Shown: piece by piece, positions 27,128 through 64,000 of the stretch
Layout of the letters: every line of letters begins with the position of its first letter
Numbering within the stretch: position 1 is the first letter of the stretch
Assembly: GCA_002269645.1 (NCBI GenBank)
Contig: NIVC01000051.1
Span: forward strand, 248,001 to 312,000
Direction: 5' to 3'
DNA from: Macrostomum lignano
Taxonomy: Eukaryota
Length of the DNA: 64,000 nucleotides
Notes under the pieces: generated by a model
Told to the model about the DNA's origin: nothing
The model's database searches: none
The model's input: the letters and a program-made list of their open reading frames with translations, nothing else
Position numbers and translations under genes: made by a program

Positions 27128-27746
27128 GGTAGGCTAGACTAGCAATCCATTCTATTCCCATATCATATATATCGGATAGACTAGCAATCCAATCTATTCC
27201 GATATCATGTATATTGGCTAGACTAGCAATCCATTCTATTCCCATATCATGTATATTGGCTAGACTAGCAATCCATTCTATTTCCATATCATGTATACTG
27301 GCTAGACTAGCAATCCATTCTATTCCGATATCATGTATATTGGCTAGACTAGCAATCCATTCTATTCCCATATCATGTATATTAGCTAGACTAGCAATCC
27401 ATTCTATTCCCATATCATGTATATTAGCTAGAATAGCAATCCATTCTATTCCCATATCATGTATATTAGCTAGACTAGCAATCCATTCTATTCCCATATC
27501 ATGTATATTAGCTAGACTAGCAATCCATTCTATTCCCATATCATGTATATTAGCTAGACTAGCAATCCATTCTATTCCGATATCATGTATATTGGCTAGA
27601 CTAGCAATCCATTCTATTCCCATATCATATATATCGGATAGACTAGCAATCCAATCTATTCCGATATCATGTATATTGGCTAGACTAGCAATCCATTCTA
27701 TTCCCATATCATGTATATTGGCTAGAATAGCAATCCATTCTATTCT
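27128..27746. repeat. 42-bp minisatellite of the CTAGCAATCCATTCTATTCC family
   Basis: 14-aa periodic ORFs; related to the 39-bp arrays at 35.9 and 56 kb. Confidence 0.93.
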
Positions 27747-27913
27747 CACTTAAAAAGCCCACAATAAACATCGATTTTTCTGAAAGTGACTTTTAAACCA
27801 TAAAATTACCAACTGTTGAAATCGTAAAGCAGGTATTTCAAACTTGAGGTTCGACAAAGGTCTTGGATAACGTTCCAGTTCTTCAGAAAAGTACAAAACG
27901 CAGAGTAGTCTGT

Positions 27914-59382
<31,469 letters not shown>

Positions 59383-59439
59383 CTGTTATTCTATTGCGAT
59401 GGGAAAGTTGTGCTAATTTATTTAGTGAGCAATTTCTCA

Positions 59440-61080
59440 TCTGACAGACCTATTGAGCTACTGACAGAATCCTTCTGACAGACTCACTGAGCTACTGACA
59501 TACCCCTTCTGACAGACTCACTGAGCTACTGACATACCCCTTCTGACAGACTCACTGAGCTACTGACAGAATCCTTCTGACAGACTCACTGAGCTACTGA
59601 CATACCCCTTCTGACAGACCTATTGAGCTACTGACAGACCTATTGAGCTACTGACAGACCTATTGAGCTACTGACAGACCTATTGAGCTTCTGACAGACC
59701 TATTGAGCTACTGACAGACCTATTGAGCTACTGACAGACCTATTGAGCTACTGACAGACCTATTGAGCTACTGACAGACCTATTGAGCTACTGACAGACC
59801 TATTGAGCTACTGACAGAATCCTTCTGACAGACTCACTGAGCTACTGACGGGGGGGTTTCACAAACTCGAAATTTCACAACGTCGAAAGCACCCTCTTTC
59901 ATAAGGTCGAAATTTCACAAGGTCGAAATTTTACAATGTAAAAACTGAGAATTTAGCAGCCTCAAGTATGAAAAGATCAAAATTTTACAATGTAGAAAAC
60001 TAAAGTCTTTATTGTGTCAATGTTTATATTATTATTTTTTTTAATAGCTTTGGTTCAGAGAAGTTTTTAATCACCTCTTCTTTAAGTAGTTCAACGTCAA
60101 GGAGTGCTGAGTGCTCTGCTAAGTGTCTTATCACTACTGCGACGATGGGTTAGTTTACATAAGCTGTAAGTTAAGCTATATAGTTGGGAAGCGTTTTGGA
60201 ATTAGAGCAGTAAAAAGCACCTAAAATTTGGTATCAGAAGTATGATAAATTTAGGGGAAAAGAGAAAAACTTTGAAAGAGAAAAAAGCCCTATAACTTTG
60301 GCAATGACTGGTTAGGATAAATTAGACTAAGTGACAAACAGAAAAACACCTACAACATATATAGGCCTACTAAACAACAATAGAATATAGAAAAGCCTCG
60401 AAGGCTTACAACTATTAAGTCTTCTGCTAGAGTTTTCGATGTTGTGAAATTTCGACCTTATGAAAGTGGCTGCTTTTCGAGTTTTCGATGTTATGAAATT
60501 TCGACCTTATGAAAGTGGCTGCTTTTCGAGTTTTCGATGTTATGAAATTTCGACCTTATGAAAGTGGCTGCTTTTCGAGTTTTCGATGTTATGAAATTTC
60601 GACCTTATGAAAGTGGCTGCTTTTCGAGTTTTCGATGTTGTGAAATTTCGACCTTGTGAAATTTCGACCTTATGAAGTCTTCTGCTAGAGTTTTCGATGT
60701 TGTGAAATTTCGACCTTGTGCAATAATTTGCTTTTCGACGTTGTGAAATTTCGACCTTATGAAAGCACCCCCTACTGACATACCCCTTCTGACAGACCAA
60801 TTGAGCTACTGACATACCCCTTCTTACAGACCAATTGAGCTACTGACATACCCCTTCTGACAGACCTATTGAGCTACTGACAGACCTATTGAGCTACTGA
60901 CAGACCTATTGAGCTACTGATGACAGACCTATTGAGCTACTGACAGACCTTTTGAGCTACTGACAGAATCCTTCTGACAGACTCACTGAGCTACTGACAT
61001 ACTCCTTCTGACAGACCAATTTAGCTACTGACATACCCCTTCTGACAGACCAATTTAGCTACTGACAGAGCTTCCCTGAC
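59440..61080. repeat. 20/36-bp minisatellite (GAGCTACTGACAGACCTATT family) split by the MITE
   Basis: The same units occur at 59440-59849 and 60772-61080. Confidence 0.9.
59850..60771. mobile_element. Foldback-type non-autonomous DNA transposon (MITE), about 920 bp
   Basis: G-run-initiated inverted termini (GGGGG..TTTCA..TCGAAATTTCACAACGTCGAAA / TTTCGACGTTGTGAAATTTCGACCTTATGAAAGCACCCC), reiterated TCGAAATTTC subrepeats, and duplicated CTACTGAC (59842-49 and 60772-79) as a probable 8-bp (or 7-bp) TSD. Confidence 0.72.
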
Positions 61081-61904
61081 AGACAACGAGCTGCACTCAC
61101 CAAACGGAATCCTGCCTTGCACTCAGCTTTGGCACCGGTTTGTAAGACATTCCACCGTCAGTTTTATTGAAGCAGGCGATAAATTAATAATTAATATTCA
61201 AATAATGCTCTACAGTCGGCCCCGAGCCCAAACTGTTCTCACTCCTTCCCTCCGTCTGTCTCCGTGGCGGCTCTACCACCCCTTGAACTCGGTTAGTGCT
61301 GGCATCCCAGATTGGGATCAAAACTGCTATAAGGGGGGAAGCGCCTTAGGGACTGAGAAGTAAAGCAGTAAACAAAGTATTGAGCACTGCCGCTTCTTAG
61401 TCTCAAATTCAGTACAGCTTGGGAAGTTGACAGAAATAACAAAAAAAAATAACTGCCAGACTGATTTGCTCGGCTTGGCAACTGAGCAGTTATTTTTCAA
61501 CTCCGCTTCCAGCCCGAAATCCCAACCGTAGCCTGCCATTGGCTTACAATGGGAGCAAATTTTTGCGGACAGAGCAGAGGGAGTGGGTCTAAGTTAGCTT
61601 GGATTCGACAAGGGCCCATTGTGTGATTTCGGTATAGCGAAAAATGTCAAGGGACAGAACTAGTCAAATTCAGCACACAGTGTGCGGAGAGAGAGGGGGG
61701 AGCTACGAAGTAGAATAAATCAATCGATAAATTATATTTCCGTGCAAAGCCAGTAAAAGAAAATTTAAAATCCACAGGGTAAAAGCAGAGAGCCTCTGTG
61801 AGATTAGAGGCTAAAATTAGAATTTCAGCTAGAATTAGAATTGCCTTATCATATGCACTAAACATTGTACTAGTGTAAATCAGTGTAGCTGCATTGGGCA
61901 TGAC

Positions 61905-62590
61905 ACACACTGAGCTGCACTCATGAGAAATGAGTTGGTCTCTGAGAACACACACTGAGCTGCACTCATGAGAAATGAGTTGGTCTCTGAGAACACACAC
62001 ACTGAGCTGCACTCATGAGAAATGAGTTGGTCTCTGAGAACACACACACTGAGCTGCACTCATGAGAAATGAGTTGGTCTCTGAGAACACACTGAGCTGC
62101 ACTCATGAGAAATGAGTTGGTCTCTGAGAACACACTGAGCTGCTCTCATGAGAAATGAGTTGGTCTCTGAGAACACACACTGAGCTGCACTCATGAGAAA
62201 TGAGTTGGTCTCTGAGAACACACTGAGCTGCACTCATGAGAAATGAGTTAGTCTCTGAGAACACACTGAGCTGCACTCATGAGAAATGGGTTGGTCTCTG
62301 AGAACACACTGAGCTGCACTCATGAGAAATGAGTTGGTCTCTGAGAACACACACTGAGCTGCACTCATGAGAAATGAGTTGGTCTCTGAGAACACACTGA
62401 GCTGCACTCATGAGAAATGATTTGGTCTCTGAGAACACACACTGAGCTGCACTCATGAGAAATGAGTTGGTCTCTGAGAACACACTGAGCTGCACTCATG
62501 AGAAATGATTTGGTCTCTGAGAACACACACTGAGCTGCACTCATGAGAAATGAGTTGGTCTCTGAGAACACACTGAGCTGCACTCATGAG
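61905..62590. repeat. 43/45-bp minisatellite (CACACTGAGCTGCACTCATGAGAAATGAGTTGGTCTCTGAGAA)
   Basis: About 15 copies. Confidence 0.94.
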
Positions 62591-63321
62591 GAACCTCAGA
62601 CACACTGGGCTCTTCCCTGTCAATCTCGAAGTTATATTTGATACGCAAATACAGATTTCCTACACTTTGACAAACTCTCTGACATAATCTGCAACTTTGA
62701 TGCCTTCAAAACAGCGTAGATCTTAAACTTAAATTGTTCCAACAAGAGTTAAACCCAGTGTAAGCCTATAAAAAGCACTTTTAGCTCGTAGTTAACCAAA
62801 CCCTCGCCCACTCTTCATTTTGGAGCCCTAGCTGAGTCCTCTGGCAACACACCCCCTGCATGGCCCTCTTGCAGTTATTGCCCCAGCTGTGGGGATCTGC
62901 TTGCCCTAGTCAAACTTTAGGAGAGAATTCAGCTAGCTATATATAAGTTCCACAGGCTTACCTATATCGCAGCCAGTACTCAGCAACATTCTTCGCAGTT
63001 TCTGTCAGTGGTGGGCATGCGCCCGCACCGTTTCAACTTTCTCTAACTATATGACGGCCGCATTTTGCAAGCGGTGCTATTCAGAGACGTTACTGAGAAA
63101 CTATGGGGCCTGTGTGGGAGAGAAGTAGAGAGAGGAGTGGCACTGGTGCAAGTGCACACGGAATTAGAAGCGAATTCCTGGCCTCTCTATTCAACCCAGT
63201 GCAAACAGCAGACTTAAGGACTGCGCTTGACGGACTCTCTCACCGACCGCTTTCTCCTCCATTTACCCTCTGCCCCCTCCGCCTGCCCTCTCCCTGCTTG
63301 TCCTTCCTTGTTTTAACTATT

Positions 63322-63800
63322 CACCTCTCTCCCTCCCTTCCCTCTAGACTCCTCTCTCCCTCCCTTCCCCCTAGACCCCTCTCTCCCTCCCTTCCCTCTA
63401 GACCCCTCTCTCCCTCCCTTCCCCCTAGACCCCTCTCTCCCTCCCTTCCCTCTAGACTCCTCTCTCCCTCCCTTCCCTCTAGACTCCTCTCTCCCTCCCT
63501 TCCCCCTAGACCCCTCTCTCCCTCCCTTCCCCCTAGACCCCTCTCTCCCTCCCTTCCCCCTAGACCCCTCTCTCCCTCCCTTCCCTCTAGACTCCTCTCT
63601 CCCTCCCTTCCCCCTAGACTCCTCTCTCCCTCCCTTCCCCCTAGACTCCTCTCTCCCTCCCTTCCCTCTAGACTCCTCTCTCCCTCCCTTCCCCCTAGAC
63701 CCCTCTCTCCCTCCCTTCCCCCTAGACCCCTCTCTCCCTCCCTTCCCTCTAGACTCCTCTCTCCCTCCCTTCCCCCTAGACTCCTCTCTCCCTCCCTTCA
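63322..63800. repeat. 27-bp pyrimidine-rich minisatellite (CCCTAGACCCCTCTCTCCCTCCCTTCC)
   Basis: 9-aa periodic ORFs. Confidence 0.94.
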
Positions 63801-64000
63801 TTCACCTGAGATCCCTCTCTAGCTCCTTCTTTCCCTCTTATTCGCAGTCTCCAGACAGTCTCCCTGGCCATGATTTTCAATCAATACGCAATATATCTGT
63901 TAGCAAATATAGTATTTGGCCTCTGCTAACAAGACAGAATAGATTCTAAACAGACAATACAATTGTAGGCAAATGCTCCAGCATGAACTGGTACTAACTG

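Overview
Eukaryotic, repeat-dense genomic DNA. GC-rich GT-AG exons are separated by minisatellite-filled introns, and the style suggests an invertebrate, possibly a Macrostomum-like flatworm (inference only). Three host genes could be reconstructed by hand. (1) A villin/gelsolin-family gene on the minus strand: 9 phase-compatible coding exons from 14933 to 508, running off the left edge, with a candidate TATA/CArG/MEF2/AP-1 promoter at about 21.1-21.5 kb. (2) A KSR/RAF-family pseudokinase on the minus strand, from at least 59382 to the stop at 27914; it resembles KSR3. (3) An intronless sphingomyelin-synthase-family ORF (+, 29746-30960) nested antisense in a KSR intron. The most striking structure is a 19.6-kb head-to-tail array of three different Helitrons (36344-47687, 47688-50748, 50749-55972) inserted at a single A|T site of a 39-bp minisatellite in the 22-kb KSR intron. 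The first element encodes an apparently intact 9-exon, 1740-aa RepHel protein (STPR-like repeats, OTU protease, Zn finger, HUH Rep, Pif1 helicase). All three elements carry a different 23-bp tandem array at the same position, and the second also carries (TTAGGG)n. Also present: a decayed mariner, two tRNA-derived CORE-like SINEs, a foldback MITE, a probable hAT relic and about 30 tandem repeats. Most long ORFs in the supplied track are repeat artefacts. All coordinates were counted by hand; repeat boundaries are approximate.
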